Below, piece by piece: positions 13,991 to 27,840 of a stretch of 64,000 bases of DNA; the stretch's first letter is position 1; every line of letters begins with the position of its first letter. The stretch lies in contig JAUFOQ010000001.1 in assembly GCA_040285855.1 (NCBI GenBank), positions 2,108,001 through 2,172,000 on the forward strand, given 5' to 3'. Origin of the DNA: Eukaryota sp. GEM-RC1 (taxonomy: Eukaryota). Under the pieces are notes generated by a model that worked only from the letters and a program-made list of their open reading frames with translations, was not told the DNA's origin and did no database searches. The translations under genes were made by a program, and so were the position numbers.

Positions 13991-14154
13991 CAGGGACAGA
14001 ACAAAAAACATATATAAATAATTTTTGATTTTCTGTTTTCATAAAATAAATAATGGAGAAACCCATCTTGAAAAAATAAATTAAATATCATTATTTATTT
14101 GAAATATTTAAATACAAATATTTTTCCGTAGACCCTGGTTCGAATCCTAAGAAG

Positions 14155-14800
14155 CATACTTGTAAAATACAGATCTCTGTATTTTATGTATTTTGTATTT
14201 TATGTATTTTATGTATTTTTCAAAAGTGGGTTTTAAAATACAAACTGTATTTTAGTGTATTTTTCGAACACACGTTCCAAGTGCTTTTTAGCACAGATTT
14301 GATGTAAAACGAGTCGATTAGATAGAGATAGTCGTACTTTTTTGGTTTGGGAGATCGTTTGTTTATGAACTGATTGCACTTCTCAGAGTCAAATCCAGAA
14401 TAGATGATGAACAAATGAAACAAAAAGAGTTCAACATATAATTTCAACCAGACCCTCCTTCATGACTTCTCTTCCCCAATCTATACCATCAATCCACTCT
14501 ATACCTATTTTATGAATTTCTTGATGTTGAACAAGAGAATCAGGAAGTTGTACAAGTTGAAGATGATGGAATTGGTGAGTTAGTGGAGATCCATGACGAT
14601 GCACTAATGTTGGATACGGTGTCACCAACTACAGGAAAACGCAAACGTAGACAACAATCTACTACTGTACCGTTAACGTTGAGTCGTGGAGATGAAGATT
14701 GACTGACGTGGATGTTTGTATTTTACTTTGAATTTTAGTGTATTTTATGTATTTTTGTATTTTATGTATTTTTGTATTTTACAAATGAAAACTCGTGTAT
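14155..14800. mobile_element. hAT MITE, AAATAC family, right end truncated
   Basis: Begins with TIR CATACTTGTAAAATACA; inverted relative of 35537-36143. Confidence 0.75.
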
Positions 14801-14803
14801 AGC

Positions 14804-14936
14804 ACTGGGCGTTCGGATATCTGATCCGATCCGATCTGAATTTCTCACATCTGAATCCAATCCAATCCGAACTGCTACAATCCGAATCCGATCCGATCTG
14901 AACTACCATTATCTGAATCCGATCTGAAATCCGAAC
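14804..14936. repeat. ATCCG/ATCTG array, probable hAT terminus
   Basis: Dense pentamer repeats directly abutting the truncated MITE. Confidence 0.55.
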
Positions 14937-15189
14937 AAGGGATTTTTCTTAGTTCTTTCTTCACTGTATGAGAACACTAATATCATATTCAATATGTTAT
15001 TGAATTGAATAAACTTCAAAAATTTGAGAATCGTCGTCGGAATATATTATATATATATATATTATATATTATATTGTTTTCGTCGTTCATCTTCAATTAT
15101 CTCCGTTTTCAGATAAGTCTTTTCCATAATTTCCTCCATACTGTAAACATCATCAACACGTGTCTTTTGCAAGAGAGAAGTGGATGTTA

Positions 15190-16100
15190 GACAAGAAACT
15201 AAGTTCTTGCATGAACGATCTGACGAACCACTTCACGTCATTTTCTCAAGGTGACTGGTATCTACGCATCTTTTCATTCTACATTGATCTTCCTTTCAGT
15301 TCCTTGCTGAAGTCACTCCCTCTCTGCTAGCCTTGACATTCTGCTAGGTATCTCTCCCATTGATCTGTTGAAGATGTAGAAGCTATATTCTATTATTGGT
15401 TTTGTAAAAGATCAAGTTAGAGTTGGACTGTCTACGGCGTGATGGCGTGATCTAGTGTCGAAGTACATGTAAATCATCGAGTGAACGAAGAAGTTCATCG
15501 CCAACATCAACGTTTGCTCTCTAGTCATTCCTTATGTCTACCTCCTGAGTCTTATTAGTTCTTGAATCTTTTTCTCTCTTCTCTTCTCTTTTACTGTCTT
15601 GCACATTTACCTTTTCATTGGTTTTTCCACAGTTTCTATTGATCTTTCCTGTTCCTTACTTCTAAGTTTCGAATGTACAGCTGAGTCTCACGTTATCAAT
15701 TGAATGAATGTACCTTTCTAACGTATTCGATCCTCGAGTTGTTGACTACTTGTGACTACTTCTACTCCCGTTACCACTAGTACTCTTCTCCCGGAGAATG
15801 AGTATGCTCTCCGTTTGCGTTGCTTCAACTCTATCTTCTCATCTTTGAAGAATTCTTCACATTAACAAGGACATGAGACTTTCTTGAAACTCATCTTCAT
15901 CTCTCTCAACCTAACTCATCAGTGAGATCATTCCAAAGATGTTCTTTGTAGTTTGTAGATCTATCACAATTGAAATCCACCATTTAGCTATTCGCTGTTG
16001 ATTGTAGCTCCATATCAATGTTCTTTATACTAGTAACGGGAGAAACTTGGTTGTTGTTCTTTCAAAATTCAGGACAATGTTGCTGATCCCGAGAGGCCTC
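15190..16100 (-). repeat. Composite repeat copy, 5' modules only
   Basis: Shares modules with 31500-32100, 20660-21150 and 26680-26890. Confidence 0.7.
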
Positions 16101-16586
16101 AAATGTTCTGAATCATGTAATTTAACTATTTTTACCCGAATTGATTAGGAACATTTCCTTTATATTTGTTCAATTTGGTATATCCATGATCTATCAATGT
16201 TCTGTGTATAGTGGAAACACTAATAGACATGTCGTTTCTACTATACAACAGAGATTTCGTTTCTCAAAACTCCGTTTGTGTCTGTCATACATTAAAGATC
16301 TGTTCTCTTAGGGTAGTTTGTCAGGATTTTATCGCTGAGACTCGCTAATAGCTCTTCTTTTGCGTAGCAAACTGTCAGAACGTGACTTGTGTTAATCGAA
16401 CATCCGCTTGTACATTTTCGAAAAATTGTTTATCTACTGCATCGTACTTTAGGGAATTCTTCAGGGTTTACGCAAAAGAAGTGTCAAAATGAGGTTTACA
16501 GAGCAAAGAGAGATTTGATACAATGATTCGAGTCAACAACAACGAACATTGACAAGTTCTTGAGGTGTGAGTTGCAGTTCGGATCT

Positions 16587-16860
16587 TTATCCATTTACAG
16601 TCGTCGCAAAGAACAGCTTGATTGTTTGTAACCTTTTAAGATAAGATAGCATTAAAGATGTACTATTCCAGCGAGTTTTAACATCCCTTCTACTTGAATG
16701 GGTATTCATGCCGTCAAAACAATCACTAAATTCCTGTGTAAGCTGTGTTAAGCCTACCAAGGTTTGACCAAGTGTCTTGATAGTAAATTGAAAATACTTG
16801 TTCACAATATACAATTTAAGGATTTGTTTGCAACAAAAACAGTGGCCAATATATATTTGT
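16587..16860 (-). mobile_element. hAT transposase relic
   Basis: RDVKTRWNSTSLML. Confidence 0.75.
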
Positions 16861-16959
16861 TTTGCAGCATAATAAATAAATGTTCAAACTATTGTTTAGT
16901 TAATCACTAACATATACTAAATTAATTATACTAATTGGAAGACTTGTGAGGGTGAACGC

Positions 16960-17285
16960 ACGCAAAGTGAAGTTTATGGCTGGACCATTCTTAAGGAGCA
17001 TGTGCGGCAGATGCACCCCGATTACGAAACTATCATGACTGCCGCATCATCTTCTCGACAGCACTCTGTTTCCACTGTCACGACGACTACTTCATCTGGA
17101 ATCTTCTCTTATCTTCACTGGGTCTTCAATGGCAGGATACCTTGCAGCTTTATTTCAACAAAAACAACAGTTCCATATGTCAAATACCACTTTTATTCAG
17201 AACTCAGAGGTAGTGTTGCTTTTGGTTGAAGAAAAGACCGCTGAAAGTCTGAAAGCAAAATTTAATATTGTGTTTGACAGCTAAG
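16960..17285 (+). mobile_element. hAT-like transposase N-terminal relic
   Basis: GWTILKEHVRQMHPDYE...LHWVFNGRIPCSF...KFNIVFDS. Confidence 0.65.
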
Positions 17286-17299
17286 GACCCACAAGACGA

Positions 17300-17700
17300 T
17301 GGCGAAGACGGACAGCATGATGATCAATGGCGCTTACTGTAGGATTTTCTGCGTAAATTCTGGTCCATCTTTTCCATGCAAAGTGATCTCAGGGGCATAT
17401 CGTCCACAGTATTGCTTCTTGCTTGAGTTGATGTTTCCTCCATTACGACGTATGCTTTTTTGATAGGATTCTTAGCCCCATTTTTCAAAACAGGAAATCA
17501 CGTAATCTTCCGGAAATTCATTTGGAGTACTCCATGTTAAGAATTTGGATAGTTCAAAGACAGACTTCGAGTGAACAAGTGCGTTTTCAGCAGTAGCATC
17601 AATGAGTGTACAGTTCTAAAGTAATGAAGATAATTGAAGGAACAATACGGAAGAATAACTTATTTATTTTGACTTTCAACGTTATTACTTGTCTCCTTAA
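17300..17700. repeat. Unidentified repeat of about 400 bp, direct copy at about 45110-45530
   Basis: Colinear similarity seen by eye. Confidence 0.85.
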
Positions 17701-19399
17701 AAGCGAACGAATGATATTAATGGGGCAGATGCTTGCCTCAAAAAGTATCCAAGCACTATGTAGTTGATAAACAAGGTAAGTTGTTCTTATCAGTTGAAAC
17801 AATGGACATAAGAAGAGTGTATTGTGAAAAACAGAAAATGAAATGAAGTGGTGTTGAAATTTTGATCGAATGAAATTGATTGGAACATTTTATATGGTCA
17901 ATTAATACAACTAATACTTCATTCTTTGTTTGTACATTGTGGTAATTGGCTTTTTAATTTCTACCGGATATTATGATCTTTCACATCCAGTTTATTGTGT
18001 GGTAGACCATGTTTTATTTTGTTGAAGCAAATAAAGCTATTTTGTCTATATATCAATAAATACTATTAATTTTGCAACTAAATTCCCTAATTGTAACATA
18101 CAATGAGACTTCAGAACGTCCAAATTGGGAACATTACTTCTAGAGAAGACTTGCCATCGTAATTATTTTATTAGACTATGATGCTAGTTAGTATGTTAGG
18201 AAATTAGTCCAGACTATTTTAGTGGTCATTCAAATTTTCCCCCGACTTACTAGCCATCAAAAGTCCTCCACGCAAGCACAAAAGGTCAGACGCCTATGAC
18301 CACTAAGAGGAATACTCCTTCAGCCAAAAAGGGAGAGATGCTTTGAAACTTAATATTTGTAGTGTCCTGATAATGCTAAAAAGTGTTAAACAGTACAGAT
18401 AATATGTATAAAAAAAGTGTGAAAACCAAAGACTTACCATACATCGGAGTCAGTCAAACAACACTAGTTCCTGATAACTTAACCTCTTCTGACTCTACTA
18501 TCAAGAAGCTGTAGACAATTCCAAAAGTATGCTGGTGCTATAGGTTCCCCACATCTTTCAATGAACCCAATAGTGGTAACAATCCACAGGCCAATTCCTC
18601 CAAGAGCACATTCAATACGATGTACGTATTGGCTGAAAAAGCCGACGTGGAACTCACCTCAGATCCAGGATCCCATCCCAGCATCAATATGCTGAAGACT
18701 TTTCTTGGGAAGGAGGTATCCCCTTCTGTAAAAATAAAGTAAGCCATCAACCCTCCCCCTCTCTGAGGATGAACAGGATGAGAATGTCCTTCTCAGTCCT
18801 GACGACAAGAGTGTCCCTCTTGCTCGTAAACCTTCCAAACTCAACGACAAGAGTGTCCCTCCTGTTCGTAAAACCAAGAGTGTCCCTCTTGTGGGTAAAC
18901 CTAAACCTTCGAAGAAGTCAAATTAAAGGAGGAGTAAGCTCAAGGTATCATATCTTCCAAATGGTATCAAAACATCTGACCCAGATGATACCAGAACCCC
19001 TGATCCCAAGAGGAGATATACAAACGCCAAGAACTTTTATCGTACAGGAATAGCTTTAAACCCTAAAGAACTCCGCGATACTCATGAACTGCACACGAAA
19101 CTGTTGATCGAAAGGTATGGTGACATCAACGCCGAACTCATCCGACAATACGCACACCTTTCAATGAACCTAATCGTGGTAACAATAATACTGCCACACG
19201 CCAATTCCTTCAAGAGCACATTCTGAACAACATTTACTGGTGTTGTATTCATCCACCAGAAATACTTGATATCCGAAGCTTCTAAGTATTTTTGAAACCG
19301 GCACACCTCTTATGATGGACGTCTTTCCTTTCCCAGTTTTTCCTCGAGTTTGCCAATCACCGTATACAATGATGACGTCAAAAACAAGAGTTATTCAAT

Positions 19400-20010
19400 A
19401 GGCTTCCATGCTCTATCTTAAACTCCACAAAATTGACGACCAATGGAAGGTTGAATCCAGAAATATTGTGCATATACATGGGCTAGCTGCCGATAAAACT
19501 TCTATTTCTGTCCATACCATATCACCAAGTCCATTGGAAAGAATCACGTGTGATCTGCTGTCCACTACTCCACAAACTAAATTGGAATTACAAGATAACC
19601 GAGGATCTATTGACAGTTTAATTGACCATAACGCAGACAAGTACATCTTTAGAGTTAAGTCTAATACTGATAATACACTGGAAGCACTGGTTATTGTAAG
19701 CCGAGAGATATTGCCGATTGATAGCCGATTTCGATACGTACTCATGTTACATCTTATTTGTTTGATTCTGAAAACCAATCCCAATTACCGACGTCTTCTG
19801 CTGAAGTATAGTCAATTACTTAAGATCTATGAGAGACTATCTTCAGACTAAGCTTGCAACCCTGGATAGAACCTATAACTGAGGATGACCAAAAACATCT
19901 GTTATCTTTATATCTTCCTTTTACATGATCCATTGTCTAGCTTTGGAAGATGGAACTGGTCCGCTATTAAGGGTCTTATCATGGACAACATCCAATACCG
20001 TTACCTCATC
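19400..20010 (+). mobile_element. Probable Ty3/gypsy integrase C-terminal (SH3/chromodomain-like) relic; partner 33504-33899 (-)
   Basis: KLHKIDDQWK...SVH...IDSLIDH...FRVK; LQVGDLIL nearby in the partner arm. Confidence 0.45.
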
Positions 20011-20079
20011 TAGGTTACAAATTAGTCTCACTGAGACTAAAGAATATGATTAGAGATATTACAGGTCATTATGAACTAT

Positions 20080-20229
20080 TGTTAGTGTAGTGTAGTCGTA
20101 GTTAAGTAGATTTAGTTTATCTTTCTCTTTTCCTTTGTACTCCCTGTTTCTGGGGTTCTTTCCCTTTACTCATAAAAGTTTCTCCCCATATCATTCTGTA
20201 TGTTCAGTGCACTGCCACAGAGTGCAACA
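20080..20229. mobile_element. Solo LTR, 150 bp
   Basis: TGTT...AACA ends, 4-bp TSD CTAT (20076-20079 and 20230-20233), and an empty site in the other arm at about 32575-32600. Confidence 0.8.
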
Positions 20230-21439
20230 CTATAACTCAAACTAATATCTTATTGTACTCGATGTTTATAGGACTATGTTCCCTAAACACTAGTAACACG
20301 TCATCATATCACGTGATCAATGATATAGATACAATGAACTTCTTTGTTAGTGCTTGAAAAAGTCTTTGGAATAACAATGATGATGAAAATTACTTTCACC
20401 ATTTCAAATGCAAATCCCAATATTTTAGAATATTTCATTAAATAGTATTAAATGAATTAACTACGCACTGTGAACTGATTTGTATTTGGTGGAACACAAT
20501 TCAAAACTAAATAAAATGAAGATATGGAATATCACATATCCAAAAAAAACATTTGTTACTGGTTATGAGAACAACAAGATTGTAGTACATACACTTCGAA
20601 AACTTGGATGATGACGTCACCAACGTGACATTACTATAAAAATTATAAACATAAGTGACTCATCGGTTCACAAGTATAAAACTCATGACTAAGATACAAG
20701 TTATGGGGGTCATGTAATTGAAGTGATTGAATTGTGATAGATCTACAAACTACGAAGAACATCTTTGAAATGATCTCAGTGACGAGGGATCAAGATGAGT
20801 TTCAAGTCCTTGTTGAAGACCAAGAGTAAGAAGAACAAGAAAAGATGGTTACGTAAAACAAGATTCATGGATGAAACAAGGCAAGATGGACAACGAAAAA
20901 TGGAAAAAGACGACTACATGTCAAGGACCAGATGTGATTGCAAGGTATACGAAGACGTGAGACTCAGCGGTACATTGAGTACTGAAAAGGAAGACCAACA
21001 CCAAACGTGGAACAATCAGCGGAGAAGGAATGAGGATGAGTAGGCAGTGGTGAAAAGGGAAGAGAGATGAGGATTCAAGAACTAGTAAGACTCAGGAGGT
21101 AGACAGAAGGAATGATTATAGATCAAACGTTGATATTGGGGATGTCTTGTCGATGATATTTCAACACACAGGAACATCTTGAAAAGACTTTTCGTGAGAT
21201 GTAGATAATGAATGACGGAAAGATACAAAGAGAGGAGAGAACTCAAGAAGAGAGTCGTTAGTTCCAGGTTTTACATAAGTAGTTCAATAGTGATAATAAA
21301 ACCCGTTATGTCAAGTTGATGAACAAATCTCTTTCAACGCAATGTTTGAACTATGACCATGTATCTTTATCGATCGTTATCGTCATGTCCGTAGACTGTG
21401 TATTCTGACAACATCATCTTACACCACTTAGATTCGCTC

Positions 21440-21960
21440 ACAATTGCCCCTCAATGACATTTTCTTTCTCCCTCTATTCATCTTCCATACACTAACAGTT
21501 CCACTTCCACACCGAGACAAAGCTCAGCTCTATATCGTCGGCGAAGCTGAAACTGTTGGTGACATTCTCTTCTCTTCTCTCTATGTTTAACCCCTTGTCG
21601 ATCACCCAAACCTTCAAATCATCAATGACGATCACCGCGTCCTTCTTGAATTCGACGTCGTTTTTCCCGCTTCCAGAACTAAGATCGATCTAACGCTAAC
21701 ATCAGATTAAGAAGTTGGTGACGGAACAACCTCAGTCATGATCCTCGCTTCTGAACTCCTTGCCTACGCTAAACCTCTCTTCAACAGTCATCATCGTTGA
21801 AGCATACAACAAACTTCTCTCCGTTGTTTTCGATGAAATCAAGGAACTCAACATTCAGAGGTTTTTTTCAAGAGGTATTAAGAAAAGTTTACCTTAACCT
21901 AGACATCTACCTCCAAATGAACGTAATACTTGGAAAACACCATGTTGTTTACTTATGTTA
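21440..21960 (+). pseudogene. CCT3: Decayed CCT-gamma fragment, internally deleted
   Basis: EVGDGTTSVMILASELL core with stops and frameshifts. Confidence 0.75.
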
Positions 21961-22199
21961 ATACTTTTGAATTTGAATTATCATTTCGTTTTGACATCAA
22001 ATCATGATAATGAAAGCAAATTTGATTATTGATTTAGTATTTAGTTGAAGAACGACACTTGTAGCGTTAATTACGATAATTACTTTAAGTATTTGAAAAA
22101 TAGATATCTAAATCTCATTAGATTTTCAAATCCGAGTTCCATCATGGTTTTACATTTTAAAACTTTTATTTATCTATTTTCAACACTGTAAAAAAACTT

Positions 22200-23500
22200 C
22201 AGAAACATCAAATAAGGGAGATATGAATGATTCTATTCTTATTCAATTACCTAACACTCTAAAGATCGTCTCAGTTGGATTTCTTTCAGAACGACGGTTG
22301 ACCGGAAATCATAATGAACTGACATGCTTACACAATTCGGGATTTTCCACGGGCTGTGAGCAATAAAGCTAAGTTCTTATGATCACAATATAGTTTGATC
22401 CTGCGGTTAAGAAGAAGGTAACTCAAATTTGGTTGAGTTAAAGTGGCTACTATTGCATAAAGTTCCTTTTGGATGATATGCCAATTTCTCTTGCTTTTGT
22501 TGGGTCAAAACAAACATAATGACCATCATAGCATACACCATTTACAACGTGTATATGATGAGAATTTGATGGTTTGGCATCAAAAAGAATGACATGAAAA
22601 GACACTATAGTTGGATGAGAAACTAGAACTCTTTGGACCCATGACGAACACGTAACGGTGACAAAGATATGGTCACAATTATAATTATTGACTTTACCGT
22701 CCATCAGGATTCTTTGAGGATATATTGCTTTCTGAGGATAGGAGTGGCGGCTTCAACTTGTTCAACTAGCATCCTTGCTTATAATCATTGATGCAAAGAT
22801 CGCTGAAATGAACTCAATAATGTCAGCTAGACTGCAGGTGGCCAGAAAGAGAATTTCGAATCAAGTAAAATTAACACTTGAAGCAGATAAGAAGAACAGA
22901 AAGTGCGGCTGATATCCTTCATGGAGCTTCGTTTTCATCACCTCAAAATCCAATTTAGTATTAGTAGCTTTAACAATGTATTGATTTATAAACATTTAGT
23001 GCTAGTTCAAATCAAAATATAGAACATTTGTTTACCAAGTAGACTAAAGTTTATACCAACGATGTTGAACACTTTGATGTTTACACATTACAGTGTGTTG
23101 TATCCTAGTCGTCGACCATGAGTTTGTAAAAGGAGTTGATGATTGGCCCAGCTTAATCCAGATGAACCTTGAGAGACTTTTTCTCAAAATAAGGTGACTT
23201 ATAGCATTGAAAGTCTTTCAGTCACTAATACTCAAGAGTGCTCGACAATCCAATCTTAAATTTTTCACGATTTCTCTAAGGTACAGTAAGAGATCAGATT
23301 CAATGAGAGTGATCAACCAGACACTATCTTCTTGATTCAGCTTTCGACGGGGACCAGATTGAGACTCAGCTTGAGTTGTAGTGAAGAGCTGTCTTATCCA
23401 CTTGAAGCTCTGATCGACGCAATAGTACTTTGCTACTTCTTTTTGAGAGAAAGAAATACGTCCAGATGGCAGGGCAAATCGTGTCTTCGGAGGCATGGAC
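22200..23500 (-). mobile_element. Tc1/IS630-type transposase relic; partner 29460-30480 (+)
   Basis: HTH region LLLYLREIVKNL; MVHLDEAG in the partner at 29494; RNPIELIF near 30385. Confidence 0.65.
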
Positions 23501-23814
23501 GTTTAAAGAACGAAATCAATGTCCGGACTAAGAAGCATCGTAAACTTGTATCTCACAAGTGAGAAAAAGAGTTACAGAAGACGAAAAGAGGTTGAAACAG
23601 GTTTTGTATAAAAAGGAAAAATGTGTGATACGGAAATGAAAAGCACTGATGCTGATTAGCATTCCTGTCAACGAAAGATTGTACGTGTACCTGTTTTAGA
23701 GTTAGTATTTGCCATGTGTAACACAGAAGATTTTGTAATTCTTCTATAATTTTCTCGTTAGGGTAAAAAAGACTATTATAATAGAAATAGATTAAAGAAT
23801 TGTATTTGCAACAA

Positions 23815-24220
23815 ACACATCAAACATGGTCTAGGACAAAATATACTAAATGTAATTCCAGAATATCTACCAATCAAATCAACAAAGACCGTTTCCACAA
23901 AGTACAAACAAATAACGAATAATTGCTGTATTAAGCGATCATCTATAATGATCCCAGAGCGGTTTATGGCAAACTTTCCCACACATCCAGTGCTTGAGTT
24001 TAAGCAAACTAGCGATGAGAAAAGGAGCCAGAGAAACCGAACCACAATCTGCAAAAGACCCACAGCAGAGACCTAGAAATCAGCTCAGTTGTAAATGAAA
24101 GAAAAGAACAACCGTTAAGAACAAACAAAGGTAAACAGCAAGACAACTGCTGACCTAGGAAACAGTTCCTGAAGGGCCGTGAAGTGGAAGAACAAGATTC
24201 TATATTCGGAGTCTAGAGAG
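23815..24220. repeat. Dispersed repeat, direct diverged copy at about 32655-33068
   Basis: Shared blocks such as CCACACATCCAGTGCT and GTGGAAGAACAAGATTCT. Confidence 0.75.
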
Positions 24221-24759
24221 GGAATACAGAAATTTACTTGCCACAATAAATAACAAACAAGCTACTGTTATAACGAGTTATTATAGAATAATTATATTAT
24301 TTCAAGCTATCGTTTCAATCTGAGACAATCAGACACGTCACGTCTGTTGTGTTCCACTGCACGTTTCTGTGTTAAAATATGAAACAAGAGATCATTGTTG
24401 TATTTATATCGTTAGACTGGGTGTAAGATTGAAACTGGGACAACGCTGTTTAAGATTTGACAGTGATGTGTGTTGTTTTAATGATATCAAAATTTTTTTA
24501 GTACATAGCATTTATAAATATTCTCTTTGTTTAAAAAATGGAAAAAGTACACATATACCCGTCTGGCGAAGTTTCAGTACATTTAAGCACCCACATCGTT
24601 ATTTTTTGAATAGATATACCACCATCACTTACCTACATTTGAAGTAAATAATTCTGTTAATGTGGCTGACATAAAGAAACACACACGTATTCATTGTTTA
24701 CAAGAAAACACTGTCCTAGGTTAAGATACGGGCATCTAACATTGAATGTGGAACAAGGA

Positions 24760-24905
24760 GAATATGTTTTGGTCAAGTACTTGCTGGTAATACGGCATTT
24801 ATAGTTAACGTTCGTACTAGAACGTGTGATTGTTATCAATGGCAAGCTAATGGTTATCCACGTAGCCATGGATTTGCTGCTTTATTCGTCTTAGACCAAA
24901 CTATA
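24760..24905 (+). mobile_element. Mutator SWIM zinc-finger relic
   Basis: IVNVRTRTCDCYQWQANGYPRSHGFAA. Confidence 0.8.
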
Positions 24906-27169
24906 TAAGTGACATCAGTTGATAGTTACTACTTCTGATAGCTCCTCCTCGTCTTCTTCTTCGTCATTCGGTGTAAGCCCTGATCCGTCAGGCAACCGAA
25001 GTCCCTCATCCAATATGGAAGGCAGTAGTCAAGGAGGCTCTACTTCCTCAGTCTTTGACATCGAGTCTTTGCTGAACAAGTTTAGACCTCCTAAAGGTTA
25101 CCAGCAACATTACGCTACCACTTTTTCAGCCGAAACTAACCAGGAAATGGTTAGAACACACGAAGGGAGAAACGGGACAAGAACGGGCACCTGATTCCCT
25201 GAAAGCAGATTACTTCCAAAAAGTATGAATTTAAGTGATTCTGTTGACGGATATGTGAAGGCGGTGTGTCAAAAAGAAGCTTAGTATTGTTTTTATCGTT
25301 TGAATATAAAGCTTGTTTCAATAAGTGAGATGAAGAAAGATCAAGTAAGAGCAGAGAAGAACCCCAGAAGTAGAAGAATTTTAAAACTAGCAGAATTTAT
25401 ATTTGTAGATACACTAGCTTTCAATATCTGAAATTCTTCCATGAATTCTTGATTACTTCAAACCACTGGAATCACTTTCGAACTGCCTACCGACACTAAT
25501 GTACGGACCACCCTTTTAACAAGTACAAGAATAATTGATTTGTAATGTGAAAAGTAAAATAGAGCAGAACCTCACTTTTAGACTAACGTTTTCCACTGAT
25601 GGGTGAACTGATCTGAATGGAAATAGTTTAATCAACTTCATTGTTTCTTATCATGGTGGTATTTTTTCTGGAAGTAGAAGGAGTTGCTTTCAGTTCAAAC
25701 GGATATTCCCAAACGTTTTCATTACACACATATAGGTTCAATCAATTTCCTAGAAGTGACCGAACAAAAGAGAAAACAACTCCACCCTGACTCCATACTT
25801 CAGGTAACCGTCGAGTATGGAAATCAATCAAAAATAATGGCAGCCAGTTGGGTACAGCAGTATCAGTAATGAACAACAACCAACAAGTAATGCGTCATAC
25901 GAGTGTCTGTATAGCCTACGTACAATCGTGGAATACGCATACGCTTACTCTGAAGCTCGTTCTTTAGACCGCGACAGTAAACTCCAGGCCAATCTTCCAA
26001 GCCAAAGGCATTAATGTTCAGTATAAAAGTAGGAAAATAAAAGCAATCCACTTGAACTGAAAAAAGATACAACGGTAAGATAGCAATAATAATGTTACAA
26101 TCTGAAAACAACCAACAATGATGAAAGTTACTTTTACCATTTAAACTATAAAATATTGGAACAATCAATTCATCTGTGGAAATAGATTCTATAAACTCCT
26201 CATTATTTAGATTCACTTTCGAAAGTAGCAACGCTGCAGAAATCCAGTTAAATTGAAAATATAACAAACATAAACCGGAACAAAGAAAATAAAAGTTGTT
26301 GAAGAATCTATAGCAACGATACTTCCAAGATTCACGACTATATCAGCAACATTGCTCTTAAGTGTGAAAAATAACAATCAAGGTTACCCTATCGCAAGTA
26401 TAAAACTCAGCAGTCTAAATGACAAGTTACACTGTGGACTTCAGTGGTGAGTTAAGTTGAGACATAAGGAGATCAAGACTAGTTTTCAGTCCTTGCTGAT
26501 GAGTAAGAAGAATCAGGAGCAGTGGAGAACAAACCTTAAATCTAGATAAAGCAAGACACAGAAGTTCATGTAATAACAAGTAAAAAGGAGACAACTTGAG
26601 ATTTGAGTAGTAGAAGTGGAACAAACAGTGAACAAGGAAAGAAATAAACAAGGCAGAGATGACATTGATCACGTCATCACGCCGTGGACAGTCTGACTCT
26701 AATTTGATCTTTTACAAAACCAATGATATAATAAAGCTGCTATATCTTCAAGAGATCAATGGGAGAGATACCTAGCTAGATGTCAAGGAGAGAGAGTGAC
26801 TTTAGTAAGGATCTGAAAAAAGATCAATGTAGAATGAATAGAGGCGGAAATACGAGTCGTCGGCTTGTCCCTGTGAGGAAATGACTATTGATGATATTTC
26901 AACACACAGGAACATCTTGAAAAGACTTATCGTGAGATGGAGATAATGAATGACGGAAAGATACAAAGAGAGGAGAGAACTCAAGAAGAGAGTAGACGTC
27001 GTTAGTTCCTGGTTTTACATAAGTAGTACAGTAATAATACCATTATAGCAGATGAACAATCTTCAACGCAATGTTTGAACCATGACCATACGTCTTTATC
27101 GATCGTTATCATCATGTCCGTAGACTGTGTATTCTGACAACATTATCTTACACCACTTAGATTCGCTCG

Positions 27170-27840
27170 CAATTGCCCCTCAATGACATTCCCTTTCTCC
27201 CTCTATTCATCTTCCATACACTGTTGGTTCCACTTCCAACCGAGACAATGCTCAGCTCTATATCATCGGCGAATCTGAAACTGTTGGTGACTTTCTGTTC
27301 TCTTCTCTCTCTATGTTTAACCCCTCGTCGATCATCCAGACCTTCAAATCATCAATGACGCTCACCGCGTCCTTCTTGAATTCGACGTCGTTTTTCCCGC
27401 TTCCAGAACTAAGATCGATCTAACGCTAACATCAGATTAAGAAGTTGGTGACGGAACAACCTCAGTCATGATCCTCGCTTCTGAACTCCTTGCCTACGCT
27501 GAACCTCTCTTCAACAGTCACCCCACCATCATCGTTGAAGACTACAACAAGCTTGTCTCCATTGCTTTCCCCGTACTTACTTACATGAAACAACAGAAAG
27601 GAGGTTTCAAACCTTGTCATGTCTACTCTTGGTAGTATGTTTGTCTTGGTCTCGATCTCATGTATAGTCTTCCAGTTGACGTTGTTTCCACCCTAACTCA
27701 GAAACTTTATGATGAAACTAAGGAAATTGACATTAAGGAGTTTGTTAGAATAAGTATTAAGTGGAGATTACTTCAACCAAGACATCATCCACTATCAAAT
27801 GAAGAACATCATCAAGAATCCCTCGAAGTATCCTCTACTG
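27170..27840 (+). pseudogene. CCT3: Decayed CCT-gamma fragment
   Basis: GDGTTSV core, HPTIIV and EIDIKEFVR. Confidence 0.8.

Larger units (their letters stand above)
17990..23205. repeat. Left arm of large inverted duplication
   Basis: Colinear reverse-complement blocks: 17990-18225/35025-35270, 18230-18570/34300-34645, 19150-19830/33500-34320, 20230-20780/32035-32585, 21060-23205/29460-31920. Confidence 0.85.

Noticed and set aside
14131..14148. GGTTCGAATCC tRNA T-loop/B-box
   Set aside because: No acceptor, D or anticodon arms can be built around it.
18800..18900. Three CAAGAGTGTCCCTC repeats, CRISPR-like at first glance
   Set aside because: The spacers are unequal and related to each other, the region reads as a KSVP peptide repeat, there are no cas genes, and the context is eukaryotic.
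27170..27840. Functional or spliced CCT3 gene
   Set aside because: Key motifs are eroded, indels differ among copies with no GT-AG rescue, and the C-terminal half is absent.
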